Assembly: GCF_009834535.1 (NCBI RefSeq)
Contig: NC_045697.1
Coordinates: forward strand, 66,156,001-66,220,000
Length of the DNA: 64,000 nt
From: Camelus ferus
Taxonomy: Eukaryota
Direction: 5' to 3'
Shown here: positions 29,070 to 41,725 of the stretch, one piece after another
Layout of the letters: the number at the start of each line of letters is the position of its first letter
How positions within the stretch are numbered: the stretch's first letter is position 1
The notes under the pieces: generated by a model
Databases searched by the model: none
Told to the model about the DNA's origin: nothing
Seen by the model: only the letters and a program-made list of their open reading frames with translations
Program-made: the position numbers and the translations under genes

Positions 29070-29850
29070 AGAGCCATGTTTTGAGAAAGACATTAAAAAT
29101 CAGAGCAAGCCAAGAGGACTGTATCCAAATTAGAGAGGGGTCTGAAAACCATCTAATATGAGGATTGAATGAAAAATTTAACACTTTCCACTGAAGAAGA
29201 CAGAACAAACTAAGTGAAACATAAAAGCCACCTCCAATATGGCATAGTTATCAAATGGAAGAAAAACTTTTCTTATTCTGACTATCTGTAAAATGCAGGA
29301 CTAGAACCAAGAAGTAATTTTTGAAAGGACTGATTTTAACTCAAAATGAAAAATAATGTTACCATTGGAACTTTTGACAATGGAATGTGTTTTCTTATGA
29401 GATGGTAAGCTTTCAGCTACTGGAAACGTTGAGCCAAGCTTGGGATAATTGCCAACAATTGGAATATTGGGCTGCATTTAGCAAGAAGAAATTTAAGAAG
29501 ACAAATGCTAAGTCCTTTATTTGGTTCCAAAAAAAAATAATTTCAGGGTGTTGGAATTGTAACTTAACAGGAACACCTGTCAAAAAGCTTTAAGAGATTT
29601 AGTGAAGCTGAATGTAAGGTCTCAGTGTGCTTTGGCTGCCAAAATAGCTACTGTGATCTTGGTAAAATGTCTCAAAATAATGTCAAGGCTTGTGCCAGAA
29701 GTGATGGTCCCACTCTGCTCTGTGCAGTTTTTATGCCGGGAACACTGTGTTCCTCTAGAGGCACCACACATAAAATGGCAGACACAGTCTAACAGGAGCT
29801 TGTTTTACTTGGATGGTGAGGAAACCCAAACCAGGGGAAATAAATGGAAC
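29070..29850 (+). mobile_element. L3/CR1 LINE fragments
   Basis: Two degenerate CR1-like 3' segments (gagaaagacatt...ggggtctgaaaacc and gtggtcccactctgctctgtgc-like). Boundaries approximate. Confidence 0.5.
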
Positions 29851-31504
29851 ACTCCAGCAAGAGAAGAGAGTTGCGCCTTGGACCAAAATGTAATTGCAGA
29901 TCTCAGATAGTCCATGGGAAACAGAATTTTAATCAAGAAGAGGAGTCAGGGGTAGGAAGGCTGAACTGAATTTCACAATGATGACCAGAGAAACAATCAA
30001 GGAAGTTCCAGAAGTCGGTATCTAAATAGAAGTATACATGAGCATGAGTTAGCTAGGGACTCAATTCTGAGTTCAGCCAAAGACCTTTATCCTCAATCAG
30101 AGCATTTTCATTGAACGGACTACATAGCAGTGGCTTTTTTTCTATGATGTCTTGAAGATACTAAATTTCTTCAGACAATTGGATGTGAGAGGAATATTAG
30201 TTTATTATCCATGAATTAACATTTTAAAGTCCAAGACCAATGTATGAAAGCTGTTTGGATAAGGAAGTTTCTTTTAAAAGATTTCCTCCCTTCTGCTTTC
30301 TATACTCTCTTCCCAGAATTTCATGGAGATGTTGGACCTCCTAAACTGATTGATTCTCAATTTTCCTTATCTTTTTTCTCTTATTTTTTTGTTTTTCCCT
30401 ATTGTACTTTTGGGGGGAGTTCCTTATTTTTCATTGTATTGATTTGTTTTTGTCAAATATTAATTTTCATGAACTTTTTAATCCCCTAACATTCTTTTTC
30501 ACAGCATCCTGTTCTTGTTAAGAAAGTATAGAATATCTTCTCTTTTCTCTCTGAGGATTTCATATTTTTGAAGTTTTTTTCTTGCTACATCACCTTGACA
30601 CCCTCAGAGAGGTTTGCTTTTAGGTCTGTTTTATTAGAAGCTTTCCACATTATGGACTAATTTTTGACTTGCCATTTCTGTTTCAAAGAACAAAGAAATA
30701 AAAGCTAACTGGAATCTCAGGGTGGATGAGAAGGGCTTGCCAACATGGGCTGGACCATTTCACTGAGATCTCCCCATCTGTTAGGCATTTTTCTTGGACT
30801 GGTCAGTTTTCCCAGAGAGAATTCCTCCTATTTCCTGCCTGAGAGATATCAGCCTGGTTTCAGTTGATTGTAGAGCAGGGGAAACGGCTTCTCCTTCTGG
30901 ACTTCCACTGAATGCCACTTTCCCTATAGCACTGTGTCCTCAGACATGCCTGGTGTCCTAGAATCCTCTGGTCCATCCTCTCTTGAAAGTGATCTCCATA
31001 CTTCTGCCAGGGAGACAGGAGGATCTTGTTGTCACACTGCTTCCTCACATTCTTCTAGGCAGTCCTCCATCAGCTCAGCTCTTAGAGTTATCTGTTGCAA
31101 CCAATTCCTGATCCTTTAGGGGCATCTCTGGAGTCACTCAGCTTTCCTTCTCCCCTTCCAGGCTTATATTTGAGCATCACTAGCCTACTAAGTCACCTTA
31201 CCATTCCTTGACCTGCTTTCTAGCTTCCAGAATTTTGCTCTCATATTTAAGGTTGATTTCTTTATCTCTTGGTGGGGGAGGGGTGCCTTTTTCTCAAAAA
31301 GTACTTTAATATTATTAAAGGAGAGAGAAAATATAAAACCTGTGCACAACCTACTAGGTTTGACCAGGAAGAATTTTTTAATAGAAATATCCAATGATAT
31401 TCTAGATTACAGTAGGAGGGATGTCACAGAGAGCTTCAAACACCAGAGAGTATTCCTAAATTAAATAGATGAGACCAGATATAATTTGCAATAGAAACTG
31501 CTTT

Positions 31505-31955
31505 TCAATATCTATTTTTTGATTTTTTTTCCTCAAAGTAATAAAATCCTGAATTTTTAGCAGGGCAAATGCTTATCCACAATAAAGTCAATGTTTCCCA
31601 GCTTCCTTTGCAGTAGCATATGACTAGCTGACTAAGTTCTTGCCAGGGCAATACAAGCAGAAGTGATGTGGGCGACTTTCTGGTCATTTTGCTGGGAGGA
31701 AGAGGTGTTTTCTCGTCTCTCTTTCACACTTTCCATGAGCTGGGATTCGGAAGGAGAGTGAACTATTTACATGGTGTGAATAAGAACCCAGTACAGGTGG
31801 CAAATGAACAGAAGAGAGGGAGCCTCGTTCTTGAGAGCTCATGGGGCAGAGCCACTATGCTAACTGGGGCTTGTATGCAAAAGAAATACATTCTTATTCT
31901 CTTTAAGCATTGTTTGTGTTGGATGTCTGTTAAAGCGTTTGAAACTATATCTTAA
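31505..31955. mobile_element. MLT1 (MaLR) LTR, old
   Basis: tttcccagcttcctttgcag...gactaagttcttgcca...cttattctctttaagc, MLT1-like. Confidence 0.6.
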
Positions 31956-32879
31956 CCATCACTAACTTTAAGATCACTTTCAACTCTAAGAATCTATGAA
32001 AATATTAAGAAAATGCAGTGATCCATTTTTAATAACATAATGAAAAGTTAAGGTAGAGTAGGGAATGAATAACTCAAACAAATTATATCTAAAAACTAAA
32101 AGGCAGACTTTGTCATATGTAAGATCTCCACAACTTGCTATCCATCTTGACTTAATTAATGGCTAAAATGAATACTCCACCTATTTTATGTCCATAGAAT
32201 TAAAAAGCTCATGTACAAATTCTGATATCAGGAGAAATGCTTGGATATTAATGGTAAAGTTTCAGAAGAACAGGAAATGAGATATTCTATCCCACCAGAG
32301 AAGAGTTCTCTGATAAGATAAAGAGTAGTTACAGGGGCAATGACTTCAAAGGAATTCATGCTTCCAAAAGTCATGTGGCAATATTTTTTGTTAATATATA
32401 AATTATCATGATTGATAATATATCAATTATATGATTGTTACTGGCATTATCTAGTGCAAATAACTTGGGCCATAGCATTAAATGGACCTGTGTTTGAAAA
32501 TCAGCTGTACCTTGCTACAGCTGCGAACCTGGAAAAGTTACCTACACTGTGTGCTTCAGGTACCCCAACTGTAAAATGCAAACAATAACACATCCCATGT
32601 AGACCTGCTAGAGAAATTAAATGCAATAGGGTCTGGAGAGTATCTGCCAGCCGTAGATAGTCTACAAGTACTCAACAGCTGTTTTCTTCAGCTTCATCTT
32701 TATGTACATTTTTAATCATCTAGTCTTCAAAATATAAATTTTAAATATATAATTTTTAGTTAGTATTTCTAGGTAACATGGCAAGCATCTAGATGACTTA
32801 CAACTTACTGAGAACCACACCCTGTTGTTTAATGTAATCATATTTCTAATTCTTCCTCATTGTTCTCAGTGCTAAGTAG

Positions 32880-33390
32880 CATGTTTCATTGGGTTACCTA
32901 GCCAATTTGTAAATTTGTTCTTTCCTCTGATCAAAGAGATCCCAGTTTTATTCAGGTATCCACCTCTCTCTCATATAGTCACAGGCCTCATGAAACTTGG
33001 TTTCATCTCCAGCTTCAGAGTTGGACTAGATGGTTCTAAGCTTCTTCCCACCCCCTTTGCCAGTGATGGGTTCAGAAATGGACATGTGACCCAATTGAGC
33101 CAGTGAGACACAAGAGGTTTGCTGAGGTCTTCTGCGGAAAAGTTTTCTTCATCCTTCTGGGAACACTTAAGGAAGCAGAGCCTCCTCTTAACTCGGCTCA
33201 GTGTTGCGGCTGCATGCTGTGAGGTTGGAATTGCAGCAGGCATATGTTGCTGCCAGCCTTGTGATGCAGCCAACACAGGAAGACAGATAAAGCCATCCTT
33301 TGAAACCTAGATTTTCCTCTGGATTTTCAGTTATGTGACACATTTCATTTCCTTGTTATTTAAGGCATTTGAGTTTGTTTTTCTGTTAGA
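32880..33390. mobile_element. MLT1 (MaLR) LTR, old
   Basis: cagtgatgggttcagaaatggacatgtgacccaa...ttttcagttatgtga...ttaaggcatttgagttt, MLT1-like. Confidence 0.65.
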
Positions 33391-33734
33391 GCAGCTTTTC
33401 TGACCCGTTGTCAAATCATTTTCCACATCTGTAGCAAGCCCATCCAATTCCAATGATCACAAGTTTGCCTTCAGTATTCCCCCGCTTCAGCTCTGCTGCT
33501 GGGGCTTCATGTTGGGTTATTTTTATACTCCTTTTCTGTCAGGTTTGTGTTTTCAGCTCAAATAGAATTTTCTGGGTCACATAGCATTTATTTAACTTTC
33601 CTGAACTGCTGCTTCTCAATGTAAAGCTACATGAGATTAAAAAACCTTTTTTTCTTTTCCCTGAGGAAAGACAAGAGGGTCTAGAAACATTTTCCCTACA
33701 TACATTTTCATGAACTACTGTTTGTGCTACTTAC

Positions 33735-33867
33735 TTGATTTGATTTCAGGCCAATCAGCTTGTTCTAGTCTGTGGTCTTCATACTTTATGTCCAAATATG
33801 CAAATATGTACCGAATAATTTCTGCTCTCCCCCTCATATTAAAGTAAATGAGTTTGTAGTTTGGCAT
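33735..33867 (-). CDS. HPGDS: HPGDS first coding exon (MPNYKLIYFNMRGRAEIIRYIFAYLDIKYEDHRLEQADWPEIKS)
   Basis: ATG at 33867-33865; exon acceptor ttccag| at 33876; donor |gtaagt; Tyr8 and Arg14 present. The five exons total 600 bp = 199 aa plus stop. Confidence 0.98.
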
Positions 33868-36800
33868 GATGTAATTCTGGAAAGAGAAAAATAGAAGGAT
33901 TATTTAAACATCCCTCTAGAGATGTCTCAACATTTTTCTTGGGGGACTTTTTGAAAACTTTATGGAATCTTCTGGGATAACTGGAGATAATTAGAAGATA
34001 TTTCAAAATGAGTATTATAAATCATGATCCTAATAACATATGGGGAAAACTCGACTGAAATAAGATCATGGCTCTCTCTGTTTAAGAACTAGCTGGAATG
34101 TTCCAGGGAAATAACCAAAGTCAAGTTTTATTTATAGAAAGACATAAGACTAAGAGGGTATCAATACACCAACCTTCAAAGGATGGAGTCAGAAGCTTTC
34201 CATGTTAAGATGTTTTTGTCCAGCTTTTTGCCACTTGTGAGTGGTGTTTGACATTTGGTTTGTCCTTTGCTTTGGTGACACAGCTGAGTTTGTGAGAACA
34301 GCTGGGTAGGGATTGCAAGGGCAGGGAACACACAACAGGCATGGGAACGAGCTATGTCAGCCTGCTATCCCCTCCCTTCCCTCCCTTGTTGCTTTTCCCT
34401 CTAGGATTCAAAGGCTTATGGCAATGGTGTTGTCTTCTCTCCTTTACTGCATCAGTGGCGCTGGGGTTTATTGGGTTGCTTGCACCATACAACATACTCC
34501 CATCTTGGGGACCTCTGGTGGGATGGGACAACGATGAGCATGTTTCTTTATTCCCTCTACAGAGGAACACGGAAGAAAGGAAACAAACTTTTCTTACATT
34601 TCAGAAAGTTAGCTAATACTGGCGATATTGGTTAACGGAGGTCATTATAATTTTGTGAGTTTTCTGTGATTCATATAATTTCATTTCCATTGTCTACACA
34701 CAGTGAATGATTTTAAGCACTAAGAGTAGGATGTATTGTCATTTTATAATGATTAGGCAACTGAGAAAGAAACATTTTCATTTGAAATTCAGTTCTTCCA
34801 CTTAGTTTCTGTGTACCTTTTGGCTAGTCAACAAAATCTCTCTGAATGTCAAAGCCCACTTCTTATAAACAGAGATACTAATGTGGATTTGGGGGTTAAT
34901 GAGTAACACATGTAAAGCATTTAGCACAATGCTAAACACTTAATAATTATTAGTTATTAATAATAACTTTGAATTCATTCTACGGTCAAGAATAAACACC
35001 ATGAATACAGCACACTGCAAATAAATAATATTTATAGTATTAAGTAAATAAAAATCATAAATGACATTTATTTAAAGTGGTGAGTTTAAATAGTTTATTC
35101 TCTCCTAAGGAAATATTTTCAGAGATATTAACAGAATATTACATAAAAAGAAAAGTTGGGCTCAAGTCGCAAAACAAAATTCCATCTGAAATCACATCTC
35201 ATAAAAGATCAAATGCAAATCATAAAAATCTAGATTGCCAAGCTCCTATTTCACGGACATGCATATTTCATCCATCTGTGGAGAGGAGGACCGGAAATGA
35301 CTTGTCTGATTGCTTATCTAGACCCCCTCAGGCTGAAGAAATGATGGTGATGGCGATTCCTAGAAACCCATTTCTCTGAGCCTGGGTTTTCCACGCCTAG
35401 ATGTTGTGAAGGTGGTGCTCCTTTTAGAGACAGAGACCCTAGTCATTCCGTGTCCTGTCCTCTCCCATTAGCTTCTCTAGTCCCCACCCAAGTGAAATGT
35501 GGCACATGCCACTTGTATCAATATGTGAGAGAATGTTCTCTGCAGAAAGAAGAATTCACTAGCAAACTAACAAAGCTCCAAGATTTATAGCCCCAAATTC
35601 CTTTGAGGGAGAAATATGCATATAGGAAGTTCACATTTGGGACACTAAATGAAGTGCCCATCAGAAATGGAACCAGTTTCCAAGTTTCTTAGAAATGTTG
35701 AGCTTAGAAATAAGTAGTGGTAAATACACAAGACAAAAATAGTAAATAAAAAATATAAAGTAACAAGTTTCCTTCTGAAAAAAAGTAAACATTTTACATA
35801 ATCAAAATAAAGGGAACACTGATGTAGGATGTAAAAAATGTAATTGTTACAATTCCTTGGTCAATTTTTTTAAATCTCAAGAACAAAAATAGTCTTCAGA
35901 GTAGAAAAAGTGTCTATCAGTTGCACTTCTTTATTTGAAAAGCATTCTACACAATTTTTTAATTGATTTTTATGTTGTAGGTCAGTGCTTCCAAAGAAAT
36001 TATGTATTTTTTCTTTAAACATTTTATGTGTATATAGATTCACTTGTGTCCATATGATCAACATTAAAAATTAAACATAACTTTCTCTCATTTGGTCAAA
36101 TATCACATAATTCTACATAAAAATGAAGGGGTTGTTTGTTGTTAATTTGCAAAATTATGCTATTTTATATTGTATTTCACTCAAGTAAAGGAAACATTTA
36201 AAAATTCTTAACACGGGTTGGCAGCTGTCTACTCAGTAAATAGATCTTTAAGATTTGGCACAGGCCTATGGACATCTGACAGGCTTATCTTTCCCTCTAG
36301 AACATCCTTTCAACAGTCATAACTCATGAATAAAGCTGTACTTGTACATCATATTTCTGTACTTACTTGCATAATTATATTTTCTACTGAGCAGAAGTCC
36401 AGTTTCTTGATTTTTATAGCTGCAAAACGTCACCCTTGAAGACTTGTCCTTCAGGGTACATGTGCACATTTTATAACATGAAAAATAAGTACTAAAGGTA
36501 AACGCTGTTGGAAATATTTACTAATTCTAAAAATCCTTTCAGGATTTTATAAGCCTTTGTGTAAAAACTAAACAGGAGGAATTCCAAGTAAATGTTTCAA
36601 TGGCCAATGAAAACAGACAAGGAAATGTGCAATACAGTCTAAAGATAAGCAGAGAGGATCGTGTCCGGAAGAACAGTTTTCCCCTCACTGCACTTAGCAG
36701 TGTATCTGGTACAGTAATCTCACTTTGCTAAAGCCTTTATTTCATAAGGCTGATGGACTAAACGGGTTAAGTTAGCATTCATTCCCAGTGAGGATCAAGC

Positions 36801-37820
36801 TCAGGGTAGAGCAGGCTGATTGAAAGGAATGCGTGGTTTTGGAGTAACCCCTGCCACTCACTATCTGGATGGCCTTGGACAAGTCACCTGTTCCTGGCTT
36901 CACTTTCCTCACCTGTGAGATGGTAGTGAAAATACAGTGCTTGGCACATAGTATTTGTTGAAAAACAAAAGAGAATAAAAAGGAAGAGAAGGAGGCAGGA
37001 AGTGAGGGAGGGACAGTTCCCTCCCTAACAGAGATGAGAGTCCAGCCTTGTGTCGTTTGATTGGACTCAAATCCTAAAGACCACGTTCTTTCATCCACTT
37101 TTTCTGTGGCAGGGACACAAAAGTGAAAAGTTATATAAAAAGAAAATATAAAGTTAGAATTAAGAGCACGATAAACTTAGCCTGGACCAAAATGAATAGA
37201 AACAAAATGCCGTGAACAGAACTCAGAATTCTGAGAGAAGCCGTGGTCAGCCAGGAGTTTAGCTTCTTCAAAATAACGGGGAATGAAAATCCTCCACACA
37301 CGCAAGATGGGAGAGTGGAGAGACATACTGCTGGAAACCGGAACCCCGCAGGCTTTTCTACAAATTGTTTAAAAAGGTCAAATTGCAAACCTTTTGTAAA
37401 ACTGCTAAAGACGAAAATATATGGAAAGTCACAAATAATTTAAATTACAAATAAAAAGGGATCATAATAGCAAATAAAATAGATGATTAAAAATCATAAG
37501 GTAACACTACAAATAACTGTCACAGAATCTGAACACTTAAATGGAAACCCTGAGAAACACAAAAATTAACATAGTCCAATAAAAAGAAACTGAAAGCCTG
37601 CATCTGATAATGAGTAAAGAAATGGAATCGGTAATTAGTCACACCCATGAAAGACACCAAGCCCAGATGATTTTACAGGTGAATATTACTTAATCCTCAA
37701 GGCAAAGTAATCCTTATCTTTTAGAAGTAGTTTCAAAGACTAGAAAGACGACAGAAGTGCAAAGATGTTAAAAGAGGAAGATTATAGACTAATCTCACTT
37801 ATAAATATGATATAAACATC

Positions 37821-38107
37821 TGTCGGGAGCCTTAAGTGAGTGGGCCGTGGGGCCCAGGCCAAAGTTCACAATAACTTACACCTGGTAAGAGGTAACTGTA
37901 CGCATGCGCTAGGAGCATGAGTCCGCATTATGAACAATGCGCATGCGCCCCTAGCATTATAAAAGGGCAAGTGCGTACACCTGAGGGCTGGCCGCGCGCG
38001 TAGCACCCACTCGTCCTGCGGTAAAGCGCTCCACGTCACTCCTCGCGCCTTCTTCCAGTTGGGCAGCTCACCTCCTCGAATCCCTCTTCAGCCTCCCTCG
38101 GCTGACA
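37821..38107 (+). mobile_element. Young CpG-rich solo LTR (287 bp)
   Basis: TGTC...GACA ends; 5-bp TSD ACATC (37816-37820, 38108-38112); TATAAAA at 37958; about 20 CpGs. Confidence 0.9.
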
Positions 38108-38161
38108 ACATCCTAAAAAACGTACTAGCTATTCAAATTTAGTGTATAAAATTAAATGTAA

Positions 38162-38580
38162 TGTTGGGCTGCACCCCGCAGGCTGGTAAGCCTTGTAGTT
38201 GCCCAGCCTCGAGACTGAAGAAAGAGCCCGGAGACGTTGACAGAGACATCAGTGGTTACTGGACAGGGGATCTCACACATCTGAAGTGAAAGGTCCTGGA
38301 GCAACATCCCACCATGCACGGCAGACGACAAGCAGGATGCGGCAACACGCTTCACTGCTCTGGGAAGGAGGAGGCTACCATTTATAAAGGGAATTGATAA
38401 CAGGTTGGCTTATCAGTTACAGGGAAACCAGTAATTGGGGCGGGGGACAGGCACGTAGGCAGTTGCTAATTCAGCCCATCTAATTAAGAGGATTGGATAG
38501 TCGTGTGAGGGAGGCAGACCTGGCAGAGCAGGGGATGTAGAGAGCAAGAGAACAACCATCATGAGTGTCCTGACCATTCA
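38162..38580 (-). mobile_element. Solo LTR (419 bp)
   Basis: TG...CA ends; 5-bp TSD TGTAA (38157-38161, 38581-38585); CCAAT, GC box and TATA in - strand order. Confidence 0.85.
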
Positions 38581-40421
38581 TGTAATGGCACAATAGGGTT
38601 TATCCCAGGAATGCAAGGTATTTCAGCACCAAAACATTCATCTGTATCCTATACTACATCAATAGGTTAAAAGAGAACAACTGTAAGCCATCTTATCTTC
38701 TCAATGGATGCTAAATAAATGCTTTTTAAAAAAGCATTTATAAAAGTAATCACTCATTTGTGATCAAAACTCAAAAAAAAAAAAAAAAAAAAAAACCAAA
38801 AAAACCAAAACACTTATCAAACTGAGAATAGAAGGAAACTTCTTTAATCTAATAGAGGCTCTACGAAAAGACACAAAGCAAACGTCATACATAATGAGGA
38901 CCAATGGAAGCATTTTTCTTTAATATCAGGAAAAACAAGGATCCCTATGATCCTAGTATTCAGCATGGTCTGGATGACCTCGCTAATTCAGTAAGATTAG
39001 ACAACAGTAAATAACATATGTAAGGAATGGAAAGGAAGAGACAAAATTGTCCTTATTTGCAATTAAAATGATTGTGTATATTCAAAATCCAAGAGACTTT
39101 ACAGAAAAACCTGATCCTAAACTTAAAAAGGAAATGCTAAAGACCAAGACAGCCAAAAAACCCCAACCAACCAAACAAAAGAACAGAAAGAGAGGGCTTC
39201 ACCTACCAGACAGCAAGACTTTAAAAGCCTTGTACTTATGGTAACGTGGTGTTTGTTCAGGACTACATATAGGGGGTACACAGAGTCTCGAAACAGAACC
39301 TCAGGTGTACAACAGACAAGACATTACCATGGGGGCATACGAGGACGAGACTTTAAAGTGGTTCTGAGACAAAAGAGGAAAAATACACATAATGAAACCC
39401 CGACTTCACATAATACATAGAAATAACACATAAACATGACTTGATTGACCCAGGCAAACTCCAGTGTCGTGCTGGTCTCTTATTCCCTGTTAGCTTCACA
39501 CTCTGAGCCCTACCACTGTCATTCTGTGTTAGGAATCCCATGCAGAGGAATCTGCATGTATTCTGTGAAATGATAAAGAAACAAGAAGTAAAAAGTCTGA
39601 TCATGCTTAGGATCTCCTTTACACCTAAAACACTAACCACTGGTTTCCTTCCACCCCAAAGAAAGTCGTGTGAAGTTCCTGATTCAGCAGATAAATAACT
39701 TACTTAGACTTCTGTTTGGAAAATAAGGTACACATCTTCTTGAAGAACAAATGAATGCATGGCTAACAAACACCCTGGATAGAAATTTTCACGTGTGAAC
39801 TCATATGCACATAGTCATTAAGTGCAAAAGAAAATATAGCTTTTAATTTAAAAATTAAATGCTTTACATAAAAAGTAAGAATATTTTTGAAAAGTTCTAT
39901 CTCGGGTATTTCATTTCTCCTAGGTTTGTAGCTCTTTTTACTAGATACCAACATATTTTAGCTGGTTAACAACAAAATGCAGGAATCCCAGAGGGGATTT
40001 TAATGCAGTCATTGAAAATACAAGCTATTATAATAAAACCATTGAATTTTAACTAAGCTGATATTCTAATCTATATATTGCTGTAAGGGCACAGTAAAAA
40101 CATAATCTCAAAAATTCTAGTGTCTGTGCCAGAAAGGTGACAACAATCCAAACTCAATTTTGTAGCAAAAGAGGCTAACATTCAATTACTTTGTTATGCA
40201 CTTTAAAGATTTCAACAGGTAACTGAAAAAAGGGAAAGAATTTTAGGAGTAATTTTGATGGCTAGAAAGCTTACAGATAAGAAACTAACAATTCAGTCCA
40301 AAAACAGGTCACAAGGCAGTTAGACATGCACAGAATATGACAGTCATAAAAATAAGCCCTAAAATGAAGAGTGAAAACTATCTCATTTCTAGTCTTTGTA
40401 CAGCTCATTCATATCACTTAC

Positions 40422-40461
40422 TTGGGCTGTGTCTCTGTGGGGTTTCTCGTATCTTCTGTGC
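40422..40461 (-). other. HPGDS: HPGDS non-coding exon 1 (TSS approximate)
   Basis: On -: TATAAA followed by ...ccacagagacacagcccaa|GTAAGT; resembles the recalled human 5' UTR. Confidence 0.8.
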
Positions 40462-40485
40462 CCTCGTATGGGACTGTATCTTGGG

Positions 40486-40491
40486 TTTATA
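40486..40491 (-). promoter_or_regulatory. HPGDS TATA box
   Basis: TATAAA on -, about 65 nt upstream of the exon 1 donor. Confidence 0.75.
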
Positions 40492-40658
40492 TGATGAGTA
40501 AGATACAGTCACAAGCCAATGAGAGATGAGGTGACTTCCACATAAGTCTCTTCCTTTATGTCTTAGATGAAATATGCCTGCCAAAATGTGCAAGTCTGCA
40601 AAGACTTCTAGTTATTCTTGGAATTTTATAGGTTCTCTGTGTATAAATAACTTAAAAT

Positions 40659-40666
40659 ATTTGCAT
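40659..40666. promoter_or_regulatory. Octamer element ATTTGCAT in the HPGDS promoter
   Basis: Perfect octamer about 200 bp upstream of the TSS; an Oct-1 element is known in the human HPGDS 5' flank. Confidence 0.7.
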
Positions 40667-40789
40667 ACAGTTGGTAAAGTCAAAGTTATAGGTGCTGAAG
40701 TGTGCCTCTTGCTACACATTTATTTTTAAAGTCTTAGAACTACAGGCACGTGGAGGAAATGAAAACTGAGGGCAAGTACACCATCCTTA

Positions 40790-41090
40790 CAAATACACAC
40801 ATGGCTTGCTGCCTGACTTCACTAGATCTCCTTGGTGCATCCTTGGCTGACCACCTCCTCACCGGAACCCGTCTCAGACAGCCTCATCTTTACCTGCTCT
40901 GCGCTTATTCATCACAGTGTCTGACAACTTACTGTATTTTATTTGTTTGCTTTCACCCCCCCCTTCCCCCCAGTGGAATATAGGCTGTACCAAGGCGGGC
41001 ACTTCATTGTTTAATTTAGTGTTGTGTCCTCAGTCTCAACAGGAGTGCCAGGCACATCGTAAGCACTCATATATATTTGATGAATGAATG
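40790..41090 (+). mobile_element. L2 3' fragment
   Basis: Ends gtgccaggcacatcgtaagcactcatatatatttgatgaatgaatga, an L2 tail. Confidence 0.7.
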
Positions 41091-41411
41091 ACCCCAATTT
41101 CTATTTCCTCACAATTCATAATTTTACAAGAACTCTTCAAATTTTCATTGCTGCTAGTATATTTCACTACACAATTTTCTCAGAAGGGCTGAAACCAAGT
41201 CCGCCTTCACCAACTTCCTTTCCCCAGTTTATAATTAATCTCTCTGTTCAAAACAGTATTCCCTCTCCTGTCCTCTCTGACCTCTGTTCAGTGCTATGCT
41301 AACTGAACACTCATCAGCCAGCGTCAGAGGGCTAAAATTGCTGTTGTCAACAACATTGTTAACGTACTGAAATTACTAATAGGTATCACCATTAACCTAC
41401 AAACTCAGGGT

Positions 41412-41725
41412 TGTTTCTTAAGGGCAAAATGAGCTAGCAAGACCCCTGAGCATGGACCACCTGGCCAGAGATAGCCTATGACTCTCAAAACTACGATTAA
41501 GAAATGTCACAGGAATGTCACAAAACAATGATTAATCGCAATCTCTTTGTTCTTCCTTTTAAAATAGACCCCTCCTAACTCACAGACCAGGCTGGAGTGG
41601 ATCTGAGGCTTGTCTCCCACTCCCTTGCTTGGCGTCCTGTGATAAACGCTTCCTTTGTTGCAAACTGGCACTGTCAGAGCTGGGCTTTCTGTGCTGCAGA
41701 CACATATGCCCTCTGCTTGGCTTCA
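41412..41725 (+). mobile_element. ERV1-type solo LTR (314 bp)
   Basis: TG...CA ends; 4-bp TSD GGGT (41408-41411, 41726-41729); R/U5-like end with GATAAA. Confidence 0.75.

Larger units (their letters stand above)
37430..39420 (+). mobile_element. Old degenerate L1 ORF2 fragments, interrupted by two LTRs
   Basis: agcccagatgattttacaggtgaat; tttatcccaggaatgcaagg; aaggaagagacaaaattgtccttatttgca. Confidence 0.7.

Noticed and set aside
35540..36250. Possible hAT DNA transposon remnant in HPGDS intron 1
   Set aside because: Only a vague resemblance; no terminal inverted repeats or TSD could be fixed by eye.
37821..38580. Single provirus or CpG-island promoter
   Set aside because: The two LTRs are unrelated in sequence, opposite in orientation and have different TSDs; there is no internal gag/pol. 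The CpG richness ends at the LTR boundaries.
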